Source of the DNA: a bacterium
Lineage (GTDB): Bacteria > Patescibacteriota > Minisyncoccia > Moranbacterales > GWC2-37-73
Reading direction: 5' to 3'
DNA: 64,000 nt
NCBI GenBank assembly: GCA_037140955.1
Contig: JBAXDL010000005.1
Span: 12,334-76,333 of the forward strand
Shown in pieces: positions 1 to 9,831 of the stretch. The notes beneath the pieces were generated by a model. The model had not been told where the DNA came from. It saw only the letters and a list, made by a program, of their open reading frames with translations, and searched no databases. Each line of letters opens with the position of its first letter. Within the stretch, counting starts at the first letter, position 1. The position numbers were made by a program, and so were the translations under genes.

Positions 1-423
1 GAGGATGTGGTGGTGGCTGGAATTTTGCATGACACCATCGAAGACAGCATTTCAGAAAAAAAAGTTACTGTCGAAATGCTAAGTGAAAGATTTGGGCAGG
101 ATGTTTCAATTTTGGTTTTGAGTGTCACCGAGCAGGACAAAAAACTTTCTTGGGATGAAAGAAAAGCTCAAGCAATTGAACATATCAAACATTTCTCAAA
201 TGATTCAGTACTCATAAAATCAGCAGACGTTATTAGTAATGTTTCTGAATTGATTGATGATTATGCTAGGGAAGGTGAGGAAGTTTTTTCTCGTTTCAGT
301 GCCAGTCGTGAAAAAACAATCAACAATCAGCTGAATGTTATGGCTGCAATTTTGAAAAAATGGCCAGAAAGTCCTTTGGCCGAGGACCTTGCTTATTTCA
401 AGGAGAAATTACAAAACATTTAG
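1..423 (+). CDS. HD-domain (RelA/SpoT-like ppGpp-hydrolase type) protein, 5'-truncated at window edge
   Basis: ORF in frame from base 1; 'GILHDTIEDS' HD motif typical of the RelA/SpoT hydrolase domain; the N-terminus lies upstream of the window. Confidence 0.6.
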   Translation, partial: EDVVVAGILHDTIEDSISEKKVTVEMLSERFGQDVSILVLSVTEQDKKLSWDERKAQAIEHIKHFSNDSVLIKSADVISNVSELIDDYAREGEEVFSRFSASREKTINNQLNVMAAILKKWPESPLAEDLAYFKEKLQNI

Positions 424-539
424 TATTATCTTTTGGGTCATTTTTCTATTGACAGAAAGTCTATTTTATTTTATGCTGTTTTAATCGACAAAATGTCGAT
501 TAGGCACAAAGTAACTTAAAAAAAGGGGAGGGATAGCAC

Positions 540-1193
540 ATGACAATCGGGAATAAGAGAGGAATGGAGCTCTTCAAAAGAGCTGGGGCGCTGCTTGAGG
601 GTCATTTCAGGCTCCAAAGCGGCAAAGATGGCATTCATTACATCGCCAAGGATCTTCTTTGGCAAAATGATTATGCCGCAATGGGAGAAATTTGTGACAG
701 TATTGCTACGGATTTTTTCCCAGAAGATATCGATGCTGTTGTTGGTCCGGAAAGTGGTGCAGTGAAATATGCTCAGTTTGTCGCTGAGGCACTGTCGCTT
801 ATGGACAGGCAACTGGTGTATGCAGTCAAGGCAAAGAAATGCCTGATTGGAGAAAAAAAGTTTTTCATTGAAAAGGATGATCTGGATTTGATTGTTGGAA
901 AAAGAGTTCTTATTGTTGAAGATGTCCTGACTACCGGCGAAAGTGTTGCCAAGGTCGTTTCTTTAGTTTCAAAACTTGGTGGAGTTGTTATTGGAGTTGG
1001 GGCCGTTTGGAATCGGGGAGGAGTCACTGCCAGAGACTTGGGAGTGCCACTTCTTATCTCGCAAATAACAGAACAATTTCCAACCTTTGATCCAGGGATT
1101 ACATGTCCTGGATGCTGTGCAGAAATTCCATATGATCTGAAATGGGGTCATGGAAAAAATATTGTCTATACTGAAATGATACTACCAGAATGA
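540..1193 (+). CDS. pyrE: orotate phosphoribosyltransferase-like type I PRTase
   Basis: N-terminal 'GHFRLQSGKDGIHYI' and PRPP-binding 'VLIVEDVLTTGES' motif; unusual Cys-rich C-terminus (CPGCC). Confidence 0.65.
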   Translation: MTIGNKRGMELFKRAGALLEGHFRLQSGKDGIHYIAKDLLWQNDYAAMGEICDSIATDFFPEDIDAVVGPESGAVKYAQFVAEALSLMDRQLVYAVKAKKCLIGEKKFFIEKDDLDLIVGKRVLIVEDVLTTGESVAKVVSLVSKLGGVVIGVGAVWNRGGVTARDLGVPLLISQITEQFPTFDPGITCPGCCAEIPYDLKWGHGKNIVYTEMILPE

Positions 1194-1210
1194 AATTCTG
1201 AGTTGTTAAT

Positions 1211-1249
1211 AAGAGCGTTTGTCAAAATGACAGGCGCTCTTTCTTATTT
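1211..1249 (+). terminator. rho-independent terminator after pyrE-like gene
   Basis: stem aagagcg/cgctctt with inner tgtca/tgaca pairing, followed by tcttattt. Confidence 0.5.
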
Positions 1250-1259
1250 AGCAAAACAC

Positions 1260-1288
1260 TTGACATTTATTAAATATTAGCGTATAGT
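1260..1288 (+). promoter_or_regulatory. sigma70-type promoter (TTGACA-17-TATAGT)
   Basis: near-consensus -35 and -10 boxes with 17-nt spacer, about 135 nt upstream of the 1425 ORF. Confidence 0.5.
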
Positions 1289-1424
1289 TTAAAATCACTA
1301 TGCGTGAAAGTTTTTTAACAAAAAAAGGTGGTGGTGCGATGAAAGATGCTTGATTGTTGCCTAAAAAGAAGGGAAATGTTGAAATTTAAAAAATTAAATT
1401 GCAATCAAAAAAGGAGTGTAAAAA

Positions 1425-1883
1425 ATGAAAAATGAAAAATTTTTCCCTGGCATCTTTTCTTCAAATGAGAAATCGTTTGAATCTATTAACCTCAAATCAA
1501 CCAAACTCTTTTTTCCTGAACTTTGTCCTGAGACGGAAGTCTTGGGCGAAATGTCAGAATTTGAGAAAAAAGCTCTTATCATGATCAACAACTTGCAGTC
1601 AATGAGTGCGAGGCATATGATCAGTAAAAACTTTATCGAGGACATTGAAACTTTCGAAAAAGAACTCGAGGAAGTGAACAGGAAAAATCAAGAGCTGCTC
1701 GACATGGTCGCAAGATCACTCTCGGAAAGATTTTCTGATTGCCATTTTGGCTTTCGGGATGACGGCTTGATTGTGCGTGAAGGTAGTTCCTATTTTGTTG
1801 GCAGAAAAAGAAATAAGGCCATTGAGGCAGTAAAGAATATGCTCGAGAATGAACCTATGCACGTACTGGAAGCAGCAGTTTAG
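1425..1883 (+). CDS. hypothetical protein
   Basis: 152-aa ORF preceded by aaaaggag RBS. Confidence 0.5.
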   Translation: MKNEKFFPGIFSSNEKSFESINLKSTKLFFPELCPETEVLGEMSEFEKKALIMINNLQSMSARHMISKNFIEDIETFEKELEEVNRKNQELLDMVARSLSERFSDCHFGFRDDGLIVREGSSYFVGRKRNKAIEAVKNMLENEPMHVLEAAV

Positions 1884-1949
1884 TCTTTCAAATAATAAGG
1901 CCAGGAAAAACTTCCTGGCCTTAAATTTCTTTAAAAAAGGAGAAGGCCG

Positions 1950-2282
1950 ATGAAAAAGGAAACAAAGTTTATTGTTGTTGCTAAGGGCTCATTCATTAAT
2001 TCATCATTTGGCGAATTTTTGAACACTTTCTATCGCACACAGGGCGAAGAGGCTCATTTCATGTTTGGCAGTGTGCCAAAGGATGGATTTTATGTCTCGC
2101 ATGGAACGATCACTAAAATCAAAAGTACTTTTTTGGAGTGGAAGGAATCGTTCGAATTTTATTCTCAAGAAGGTGATGGTCAAATCAGAAAGTATTCCAT
2201 TCCAAGCAGAAAAAAAACTGCTGAGGAAAAAAGAGTTCAGCTGCAGCTTATGGAGTTGGCAAACAAGAAGAATGATAAGTAA
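1950..2282 (+). CDS. hypothetical protein
   Basis: 110-aa ORF with aaaaaggagaagg RBS. Confidence 0.5.
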   Translation: MKKETKFIVVAKGSFINSSFGEFLNTFYRTQGEEAHFMFGSVPKDGFYVSHGTITKIKSTFLEWKESFEFYSQEGDGQIRKYSIPSRKKTAEEKRVQLQLMELANKKNDK

Positions 2283-2405
2283 GTTCTATCAAAAAATATA
2301 AGACGAGTTGGATATTATTCCTGCTCGTTTTTTTGTACAAAAAAGTTGAATAATCCCATAATTTAAGCTAATATTATGATATTAATAAAAAATACAAAAT
2401 AAAAT

Positions 2406-4277
2406 ATGATTAGATTGCAAACAAAAAAAATTCAATTTATAAAATCGGATAAGTTTTTGTTGGGGTCGCTCTTTGTTGTGCTTGTTTTGCACTATGGAAA
2501 ACTTGTTTCTGCCTCAATTGATTTTTCATTGTTGGCTTTTTTTGCAAGTATTGCAACATTGCCTGTTTTGTATAGTGCCTATGAATCTCTTAGAAAAAAG
2601 AAGATCAATGTGGATTTGCTGGCTGGTGTGGCTCTGACTGTTTCACTGCTCAATCAGCAGTGGGCATCGGCTGTTTTTATTAATCTGATGCTAACTTCTG
2701 CCAGAATTTTTGATTTATATACACAAGACAGTGCACGCGATGCCATCAAGAGTTTGCTCAAACTTCGTCCGGATAGCGTGAAAATAAAAAAGGGAAATGA
2801 AATTGTTGAAGAATTGATTGCCAATATCAAAAAAGATGACCTGATTGTTGTTGAACTTGGCGAACGAATTGCAGTTGATGGTATTGTTGTTAGCGGGCAA
2901 GCCCAAATTGATCAATCATCACTCACTGGAGAGTCATTGCTCGTTGAGAAAAATGTTGGCGATACTGTTTTGAGTTCAACCATGAACATGTCTGGCTCTC
3001 TGATTGTGCGGGCTGAAAAAGTCGGAGAGGACACCACTTTTGAAAAAATGGTCAAATTGGTTGATCAATCACAAAAGGACAAGGCTGGAATTCAAACAAT
3101 AGCTGACAAGTTTACCGCTTGGTACATCACACTAACTTTTTTGGGTGCAATTTTGGTGTATGCTTTTTCAAGAGATTTGAATGTTGTTTTGTCTGTACTT
3201 CTGGTTACTTGCGCCGATGATATTGCGGTTGCTATTCCAATGGCTTTTTCTGCTGGAATGGCAAGTGCTGCCAGAAAAGGGATTATCATCAAGGGCGGTT
3301 CATTTTTGGAAGGCTTGATGCAGGTCAAGACAATTGTGGTTGACAAGACTGGCACATTGACTCGTGGAATGTTAAAAGTTGGTAGCGTGAAAGCATTTGG
3401 CGATAAAAAAGAGGAAGAAATTGTTTCTTTTGCAGCAAGTGCTGATTTTTTTTCGCAGCATCCTGTGGCGCGGGCTATAATTTCATATGCAAACAATAAC
3501 AACATTGAATTTGAAAAAACAGAAGAATTTGAGGAGCATTCAGGACAGGGGAGTCATGCAGTTTTGGGTGGAAAGAAAATTGTTTGTGGTAAACTTGCTT
3601 TTTTGCAAAATGAAGGTGTGAAAATTACTTTGCCTCAGCAGAAAATAATCGACAAAATCAAGAAAGATGGAGTCAGTAGTATGCTTTTGGTTGCCTACGA
3701 GAACAAGCTTGTGGGTCTTATTTTATTAGAGGATGAAGTGCGACCTGAAGCCAAAGAAACAATTAAAAGGTTGTATAAGCTTGGCATTGAAAATATTGTT
3801 ATGCTGACAGGTGATAATAGGAATGTTGCCAAAAATGTTGCAAATGAGCTTGGAATCAAAACCTTCCATGCCAATTTGTTGCCAGAGGATAAAATTAAAT
3901 ATATTAGGAAATATTTGAACAAGAAAAGCAAAGTCGCCATGATCGGGGATGGTGTCAATGATGCTGCTGCTTTGGCTTTGGCTGACATTGGAATCGCAAT
4001 GGGCGCGCTTGGCACAGATGTTGCAATTGAAGCTGCTGATGTGGCTCTCATGAAAGATGATTTTTCCAAGGTGGCTGAGGCAATTGAAATGGGTAGAGCG
4101 GTGGAAAAAATTTCTAGACAGGATTTTTGGTACTGGGGAATTGCAAATTCAATTGGTTTGGTGTTAGTTTTTACGAAAACAATAGGGCCGGAGGGGGCTG
4201 CTGCTTATAACTTTATTACTGATTTTTTCCCACTGCTAAATTCAATGAGAATGTTTGGCTTTAAGTTTAGAAAATAA
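2406..4277 (+). CDS. P1B-type (heavy-metal-like) P-type ATPase lacking an N-terminal metal-binding domain; non-canonical TM6 motif
   Basis: DKTGTLT phosphorylation site, GDGVNDAAAL hinge motif, SQHP motif (P1B hallmark); TM6 aligns to CopA but CPC is replaced by C-A-D (TCADD). Confidence 0.8.
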   Translation: MIRLQTKKIQFIKSDKFLLGSLFVVLVLHYGKLVSASIDFSLLAFFASIATLPVLYSAYESLRKKKINVDLLAGVALTVSLLNQQWASAVFINLMLTSARIFDLYTQDSARDAIKSLLKLRPDSVKIKKGNEIVEELIANIKKDDLIVVELGERIAVDGIVVSGQAQIDQSSLTGESLLVEKNVGDTVLSSTMNMSGSLIVRAEKVGEDTTFEKMVKLVDQSQKDKAGIQTIADKFTAWYITLTFLGAILVYAFSRDLNVVLSVLLVTCADDIAVAIPMAFSAGMASAARKGIIIKGGSFLEGLMQVKTIVVDKTGTLTRGMLKVGSVKAFGDKKEEEIVSFAASADFFSQHPVARAIISYANNNNIEFEKTEEFEEHSGQGSHAVLGGKKIVCGKLAFLQNEGVKITLPQQKIIDKIKKDGVSSMLLVAYENKLVGLILLEDEVRPEAKETIKRLYKLGIENIVMLTGDNRNVAKNVANELGIKTFHANLLPEDKIKYIRKYLNKKSKVAMIGDGVNDAAALALADIGIAMGALGTDVAIEAADVALMKDDFSKVAEAIEMGRAVEKISRQDFWYWGIANSIGLVLVFTKTIGPEGAAAYNFITDFFPLLNSMRMFGFKFRK

Positions 4278-4386
4278 TCATATTGATTAACGCTGACGGA
4301 TATGATACGATGAAATGGTTCAAATGGAAAAAGTAACCTTTAAATAAAAAGTATTAAATAAAATAGTTTAATATTTCAATAAAAAT

Positions 4387-4788
4387 ATGCAAAAAAATAA
4401 AAAGTACATTTTGTTGGCGGCAGCAATGTTGATAATCCTGGGATTGAGTTTTATGTATAAAAACAGAAATTCTGCAAGCAATGCTGATGTTGTTAGTAGC
4501 GTTGATGATGGTGGAATTGTTCTTTTCTTTGGTGACACTTGTCCTCATTGCAAAGAGCTTGCAAAAACACTGGAAGAAAAAAAGATGGCGGAAAAGGTGA
4601 AATTTTCAGAAAAAGAGGTGTATAGGAATGCTGGCAATGCCAAGCTTTTGATGGAAAAGGCCAAAAAATGTGGCTTCAAGGAAAGTGAAGTTGGTGTTCC
4701 GTTTTTGGTGGCTGAAGATGGAAAATGCTATGTGGGAAATCCTGATGTAATTAAATTTTTTGATGATAAAGTAAATGAAAATAAATAA
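4387..4788 (+). CDS. membrane-anchored thioredoxin-fold protein (CPHC active site)
   Basis: N-terminal TM helix then Trx-like 'FFGDTCPHCKEL' motif. Confidence 0.65.
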   Translation: MQKNKKYILLAAAMLIILGLSFMYKNRNSASNADVVSSVDDGGIVLFFGDTCPHCKELAKTLEEKKMAEKVKFSEKEVYRNAGNAKLLMEKAKKCGFKESEVGVPFLVAEDGKCYVGNPDVIKFFDDKVNENK

Positions 4789-5287
4789 AAAACTCATATC
4801 ATTTCTTGCGGTTGTTTCTTCATTTTTGATGGCTTCATCAGCCAAGGCGGTTTGTCCAATTTGCACAGTTGCTGTTGGCGCGGGGGTTGGATTTTCTCGT
4901 TATTTGGGAATTGATGACACAATTGCAGGACTTTGGATTGGCGGCCTGACCGTTTCAATGATCACTTGGACAATTGACTGGATGAATCGAAAAAATATTC
5001 GTTTCAAAATGAGAAAAATAGTAGTTGTTTTGGGGTATTATTTGATGATTGTTCCTCCGTTGTATTGGATGGGGATTATGGGACATCCTTTCAATAAAAT
5101 GCTTGGCATGGACAAGTTGCTGCTTGGGATAATTTTTGGGACAATTGCTTTTTCGATTGGTGCTATTTGGTATTATCAAATCAAGAAGAAAAACAATGGG
5201 CACAGTTATTTTCCTTTTCAAAAGGTTGTCATGCCGGTGTCCCCGTTGATTGTTTTGAGTGTGATATTTTATTTTTTAACTAAATAG
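4775..5287 (+). CDS. polytopic membrane protein with post-signal CPIC motif
   Basis: signal-peptide-like N-terminus, 'AVCPICTV', 3-4 hydrophobic helices; overlaps the previous gene by 14 nt, so probably co-translated. Confidence 0.5.
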   Translation: MKINKKLISFLAVVSSFLMASSAKAVCPICTVAVGAGVGFSRYLGIDDTIAGLWIGGLTVSMITWTIDWMNRKNIRFKMRKIVVVLGYYLMIVPPLYWMGIMGHPFNKMLGMDKLLLGIIFGTIAFSIGAIWYYQIKKKNNGHSYFPFQKVVMPVSPLIVLSVIFYFLTK

Positions 5288-5291
5288 CGAT

Positions 5292-5822
5292 ATGGAAAAT
5301 AAGATTAAAAGTTTGAGCGAATTTGTTGACAAGATTGATCAGATGAAAAAACAGGACAAAATGGATTTGTCTTCTGATCAGGATTTGAGCATTGCAATAA
5401 TGAATTTGATCAGCATTGAAGAACATTTCTTTTTTACTTCTCAAAAAACTGGAAAAGATGGCTATATTGACTTGTTGCAAGAGGTTCGAAAAATGCGAGG
5501 TGATTTGCTGCGAAAAATTATTACAGAATATGAAGGTGAGGTTTGGTGCATTTCTAAGCATCTTTTGGCAGCTTCAATGCGTTTGATGGAAGTTGGCACC
5601 AAGCAAAACGGCATGGGTAAGAAAGAAGAAGCAAAAGAAATGTTCACCAAAGCTTATGATTTGTATGGTATGTTTTGGGGGCTTAATATGAAACTTATTC
5701 CTGTTGATGAAATCAAGAAAATTGATGACAACGCTTTGAATGTGCATGACACCAAGGCAGAGGGTTTTTCTGGTAAGTTGAGAGACTTGGTAAAAAAAGC
5801 TATTGATTGTTGCATCGAATAG
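5292..5822 (+). CDS. hypothetical protein
   Basis: 176-aa ORF. Confidence 0.45.
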   Translation: MENKIKSLSEFVDKIDQMKKQDKMDLSSDQDLSIAIMNLISIEEHFFFTSQKTGKDGYIDLLQEVRKMRGDLLRKIITEYEGEVWCISKHLLAASMRLMEVGTKQNGMGKKEEAKEMFTKAYDLYGMFWGLNMKLIPVDEIKKIDDNALNVHDTKAEGFSGKLRDLVKKAIDCCIE

Positions 5823-5835
5823 GAATATATTTTTC

Positions 5836-6408
5836 AAAATGGAAATTATTAAAAAAAATCTTGGATTGATTGTCTTCACATTTTTTGTGATTGTTTTTGC
5901 GCTTGGATATGTGCAATATGTTTTGCTGCATGGAGGATTGGAATATGTGAAAAATAGATCACTTTTGGGAAAATTCGGAAAATCACTTGGCACGTTTGGT
6001 TTTTTTGCTTTGGCTGTGGTTTATCTTCGCAGTGCACTGAAAATTATGATTCGCAGTGATGAATTTTGGAGCAGGTTAAAGCCTCTTGGTGTAGATGAAT
6101 TTTTGGATTTGAAAAAATGGTCAGTAAAAATTTTTATCATCCTGAACAAAACCCATGCTTATTTTGGAGTGCTGGCAATTGTTAGTATTTTTTTGCATTG
6201 TTATTTGACTGGTAGTTATCGGGACAATTTTTTGTTGCAAGTTGTGCTTGGCTTAATGCTTTTTGAGGGAATTTCTGGTTTTATTATGAGGTTTAAATAT
6301 TCTCCGGTTGAATTGAAAAAGAACGCACTTTTGATTCATCGTCAATTCGTGGTGGCAATACTGCTGCTTGTTTTTGGTGCTTTTGGGCACTTGCTGCTGG
6401 GAGACTGA
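5836..6408 (+). CDS. hypothetical integral membrane protein
   Basis: multiple hydrophobic helices; start chosen at internal ATG (MEIIKK); the longer ORF begins at 5803. Confidence 0.45.
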   Translation, partial: KMEIIKKNLGLIVFTFFVIVFALGYVQYVLLHGGLEYVKNRSLLGKFGKSLGTFGFFALAVVYLRSALKIMIRSDEFWSRLKPLGVDEFLDLKKWSVKIFIILNKTHAYFGVLAIVSIFLHCYLTGSYRDNFLLQVVLGLMLFEGISGFIMRFKYSPVELKKNALLIHRQFVVAILLLVFGAFGHLLLGD

Positions 6409-6485
6409 TTCTTTTGATTTGAGCTTTACTGATAATATGGCTGTGATATACTAAAGATACTAATAAAAAGCTTATTTTTGGTTAT

Positions 6486-7427
6486 ATGAAAAAAATCTCA
6501 ATCATCATTCCTGCTTACAATGAAGAGAAAAATATTCCTTTGGCATATCTTGAATTGCAAAAAGTTTTTGCCAAAGTTTTAGAAAATTATTCTTTTGAGA
6601 TCATTTTTATTAATGATGGAAGTCGCGACAAGACAATTGTTGAAATTGAAAAATTGGCAAAAGAGCATGAAGATGTTAAATTTCTTGATTTTTCGAGAAA
6701 TTTTGGCAAGGAACTTGCGACTTCTGCTGGACTTAATCATTGCCAGGGTGATGCTTGCATCATGCTGGACGCTGATTTGCAACACCCAATAGAGTTGATT
6801 CCAGAATTTATTGCCAAATGGGAGGCTGGCGCAGAGGTCGTTATTGGCATTAGGAATAAAAACAAAAGCACGGGAATATTCAAGAAAATAGGCTCAAGTC
6901 TTTTTTATAAGATAATCAACAAAATAGCAGAAATTGAAGTTACTCCAAATGCTACAGATTTCAGGTTGTTGGACAGGAAGGTTATTGATGAGTTCAACAA
7001 ATTTCATGAGGCAAATCGAATGACTAGGGCCTTGATTGATTGGCTTGGTTTTCATCGCGAGTATATTCATTTTGAAGCCAATGAACGAATTCATGGTGAA
7101 GCGAGTTATAGCTTTTGGAAACTTTTTAAATTAGCTATGAATAGCTTTATTTCGCTTAGTTTGCTTCCCTTGAAATTGGCTGGATATCTTGGGATGAGCA
7201 TCACGCTTGTTTCTGGCTTGGCTGGTTTTTATATTTTGCTTGGAAAATATTTCTATCGAACACCGTTTGCTTCAACCTTCTCTGACTCTGAAAATTTGGC
7301 AATCTTGTTGGTATTTTTGGTTGGAATTATTTTAACTTCCATTGGTTTGATTGCTCTTTATATTGCCAACATTCACAGTGAGGTCATCAATAGGCCGATG
7401 TATGTTGTGCGAAAGAAGAATATTTAA
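6486..7427 (+). CDS. family 2 glycosyltransferase (DPM1/GtrB-like) with C-terminal TM helices
   Basis: 'IIIPAYNEEKNI', 'DADLQHP' GT2 motifs; hydrophobic C-terminal tail. Confidence 0.85.
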   Translation: MKKISIIIPAYNEEKNIPLAYLELQKVFAKVLENYSFEIIFINDGSRDKTIVEIEKLAKEHEDVKFLDFSRNFGKELATSAGLNHCQGDACIMLDADLQHPIELIPEFIAKWEAGAEVVIGIRNKNKSTGIFKKIGSSLFYKIINKIAEIEVTPNATDFRLLDRKVIDEFNKFHEANRMTRALIDWLGFHREYIHFEANERIHGEASYSFWKLFKLAMNSFISLSLLPLKLAGYLGMSITLVSGLAGFYILLGKYFYRTPFASTFSDSENLAILLVFLVGIILTSIGLIALYIANIHSEVINRPMYVVRKKNI

Positions 7428-7440
7428 ATAAGTTTTTTGT

Positions 7441-8553
7441 ATGAAAAAAATTATGCTATTTGGTTTGATGTTTTTAACCCTGCTACTGTTGTTTTTGATG
7501 TCTCATTGGTTTGTGTATTTTTCTTTGGTTAAGTTTTTTGGCGTCAAAACTGTTTTGACGAAAAATGTCATAGCTGGAATTTTGATTGTTTTGGGTGGAA
7601 GTTTTTTTGTTTCAACTTTTTTGTCTCACGTTAGGGATAATGTTTTTTCTCGTGGCTATTATTTTTCTGCTGGCGTGTGGGTTGGGATGCTGGTCAATCT
7701 CTTGTTGTTTTTCGCTATAACCTGGGGGATTTTGTTTGTTGGCTCTAAGATTAATTTTGTTCCAAACAAAATGTTTTTGGCAATTTTGGCTATTATTGCT
7801 GCTGTGATATATTCAGCATATGGTGTTTTTAATGCTTTTAATCCAAAGGTTACAAGTTTGAATGTTGCAATTGATGGTTTGCCAAAAGCCTGGATTGGGA
7901 AAAAAATTGTCCAAATTTCGGATGTGCATCTCGGACATGTGTATAGGGCTGATTATTTGACTCAAGTTGTCAACAAAATTAATGCTCTGAATCCCGAGGT
8001 TGTTGTTATTACCGGTGATCTTTTCGATGGCACAGATGGAAATATTGATTCTTTTTTGGCCCCGATCAACAAGATAAATGCTCCGATATTTTTTTCAATG
8101 GGAAATCATGAGACATATCTTGGACTTGATAATGTGTATGCTGCAATTGGTAAAACAAAAATAACACCACTTCGTGATAGCCTTCAGGTTATTGATGGGT
8201 TGCAATTTATTGGTATTGATTATCCATTGCGAGGGGAGGCTCGTGATATTACGAAAATTATTCCAAAAATGGAAAACTGGGATCAGTTTTCTCCCAGCAT
8301 TCTTTTGATGCATGAACCGCTTCAGATTGAAAATGCAAAAAAAGTTGGTATTTCCTTGCAACTTTCAGGACACACTCACAAGGGGCAATTGTTTCCTTTT
8401 GGTTTGATCACTTCGCTTATTTTTGGTGGCTATGACTATGGTTTCAAGAGAGAGGGTTCATATGCGATTTACACTTCTAGTGGTCTTGGCGGGTGGGGTC
8501 CTCCAATGAGAACAGAGCATGGAAGCGAGATAGTTGAAATAACACTGAGGTAG
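7441..8553 (+). CDS. membrane-anchored calcineurin-like metallophosphoesterase
   Basis: N-terminal TM helices; 'DVHLGH', 'GDLFDG', 'GNHE', 'GHTH' phosphoesterase motifs. Confidence 0.8.
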   Translation: MKKIMLFGLMFLTLLLLFLMSHWFVYFSLVKFFGVKTVLTKNVIAGILIVLGGSFFVSTFLSHVRDNVFSRGYYFSAGVWVGMLVNLLLFFAITWGILFVGSKINFVPNKMFLAILAIIAAVIYSAYGVFNAFNPKVTSLNVAIDGLPKAWIGKKIVQISDVHLGHVYRADYLTQVVNKINALNPEVVVITGDLFDGTDGNIDSFLAPINKINAPIFFSMGNHETYLGLDNVYAAIGKTKITPLRDSLQVIDGLQFIGIDYPLRGEARDITKIIPKMENWDQFSPSILLMHEPLQIENAKKVGISLQLSGHTHKGQLFPFGLITSLIFGGYDYGFKREGSYAIYTSSGLGGWGPPMRTEHGSEIVEITLR

Positions 8554-8578
8554 ATTCTAACAAAAAAGGAGAGTTGTT

Positions 8579-8734
8579 ATGAATGACCGAGTTAGTACTT
8601 TCAAAAGATGTGTAAGTTTGTTTTTGGTGCCGTTTATTTGGGTTGCTTTTATTGGTGGACTGTTGCTTGTTGCTATTGTCGATGTGGTTTCAATGAAACT
8701 ACAAAAATCAGGAAGAGTTGCTTTTGGGCGGTGA
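8579..8734 (+). CDS. small single-TM protein (51 aa), hypothetical
   Basis: strong RBS aaaaaggagag upstream of ATG; hydrophobic core; followed by the 8752-8790 hairpin terminator; not in the ORF track because it is shorter than 60 aa. Confidence 0.35.
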   Translation: MNDRVSTFKRCVSLFLVPFIWVAFIGGLLLVAIVDVVSMKLQKSGRVAFGR

Positions 8735-8751
8735 TTTCAAAAAGTTTCCAG

Positions 8752-8790
8752 TAGGGTTATTCTTTATTTAGAATAACCCTTTTTATTTTT
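8752..8790 (+). terminator. rho-independent terminator
   Basis: gggttattct/agaataaccc stem followed by a T-run. Confidence 0.55.
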
Positions 8791-8854
8791 AAAATATTTA
8801 TAATTCTTGATTGTATTAAATGAGGATTGAATTTTTAATAAGCGCAAAAAATAT

Positions 8855-9637
8855 ATGTTAGTTTTTTCTGCAATCATGCCACATCCACCCATGAGTATTG
8901 CCGGTATTGGCAGTGCTCAAGATTTTAATTTGCTGTCACAAACAATGAAGTCTTTTGAAAAATTGCGCAGTTGCCTGGAAAAGTCTGATCCAGACACTAT
9001 TGTTGTCATTTCTCCTCACGCACATTTGGAGAAATATGCTTTTGTTGTCAATTCAAGTGAAGATCTGATTGGTAGCTTAAATAATTTTGGGCTTGATGGA
9101 AAACATGTTTTCAAAAATAATCTTGAAATTGTGGACATGCTTGATTATGCTTGTATGGCTAATGAAATGCCCTGCTTGCTTTGCGAGGAAGAACTTGATC
9201 ATGGGGCACTTGTTCCTCTTTTGCATCTTACCAAAAATATTAAGCCAAAAATTGTCCATCTGTCCTTTTCCTTGATGGACTACAAAAATCATTATCTTTA
9301 TGGTCAAATAATTCAAGGAGTTTTAGATTTGAGTGGAGCTGGTCGCGTTGCGGTTATTGCTAGTGGTGATCTTTCGCATAAATTGTCCAAAAATTCTCCC
9401 GCTGGCTATTCTTCAATTGCTAAGGATTTTGACAGAGATGTGCTTCACTTTTTGGGGTCTGGCGACTTGGTCAGTTTGATGGGGATGGAAAATGAAACAA
9501 TCAAAAAAGCAGCAGAATGTGGTCTGCGCTCGATCATTATTTTGCTTGGAATTTTGCATGAAAAAAAATATAAATTTGAACTGCTAAGTTATGAAGCACC
9601 ATTTGGAATTGGATATTTGACTGCAAAATTGCTCTGA
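8855..9637 (+). CDS. LigB-family (class III extradiol dioxygenase / Memo-like) protein
   Basis: 'MPHPP', 'ISPHAH', 'LDHGALVPL', 'ASGDLSH' motifs match the YgiD/LigB family. Confidence 0.6.
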   Translation: MLVFSAIMPHPPMSIAGIGSAQDFNLLSQTMKSFEKLRSCLEKSDPDTIVVISPHAHLEKYAFVVNSSEDLIGSLNNFGLDGKHVFKNNLEIVDMLDYACMANEMPCLLCEEELDHGALVPLLHLTKNIKPKIVHLSFSLMDYKNHYLYGQIIQGVLDLSGAGRVAVIASGDLSHKLSKNSPAGYSSIAKDFDRDVLHFLGSGDLVSLMGMENETIKKAAECGLRSIIILLGILHEKKYKFELLSYEAPFGIGYLTAKLL

Positions 9638-9673
9638 TTTTTGTTCTTTCGGTTTGATATAGTTGCATATAAT

Positions 9674-9708
9674 AAAAAAAGTTCTCAGATTGCTCTGAAA
9701 ACTTTTTT
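9674..9708. terminator. hairpin terminator flanked by A-run and T-run
   Basis: aaaaaaagttctcagattgctctgaaaactttttt. Confidence 0.4.
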
Positions 9709-9831
9709 AATATGGTTTGGCACCATTTTTATATTATACTCTTTTTTTGAAAAAAAGTCAAGTATAAAAAAGGGCCAAATTAAGTTATAATTAAATCAAT
9801 AAATTTAACTTTTTTTAAATATATTTTTTAA

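Noticed and set aside
3092-4069. Antisense ORFs (137 aa and 124 aa) inside the P1B ATPase gene, and similar ORFs antisense to dnaK, secA, pheT and secD
   Set aside because: Ala/Ser-rich low-complexity translations mirroring a strongly supported sense-strand gene; classic shadow ORFs.
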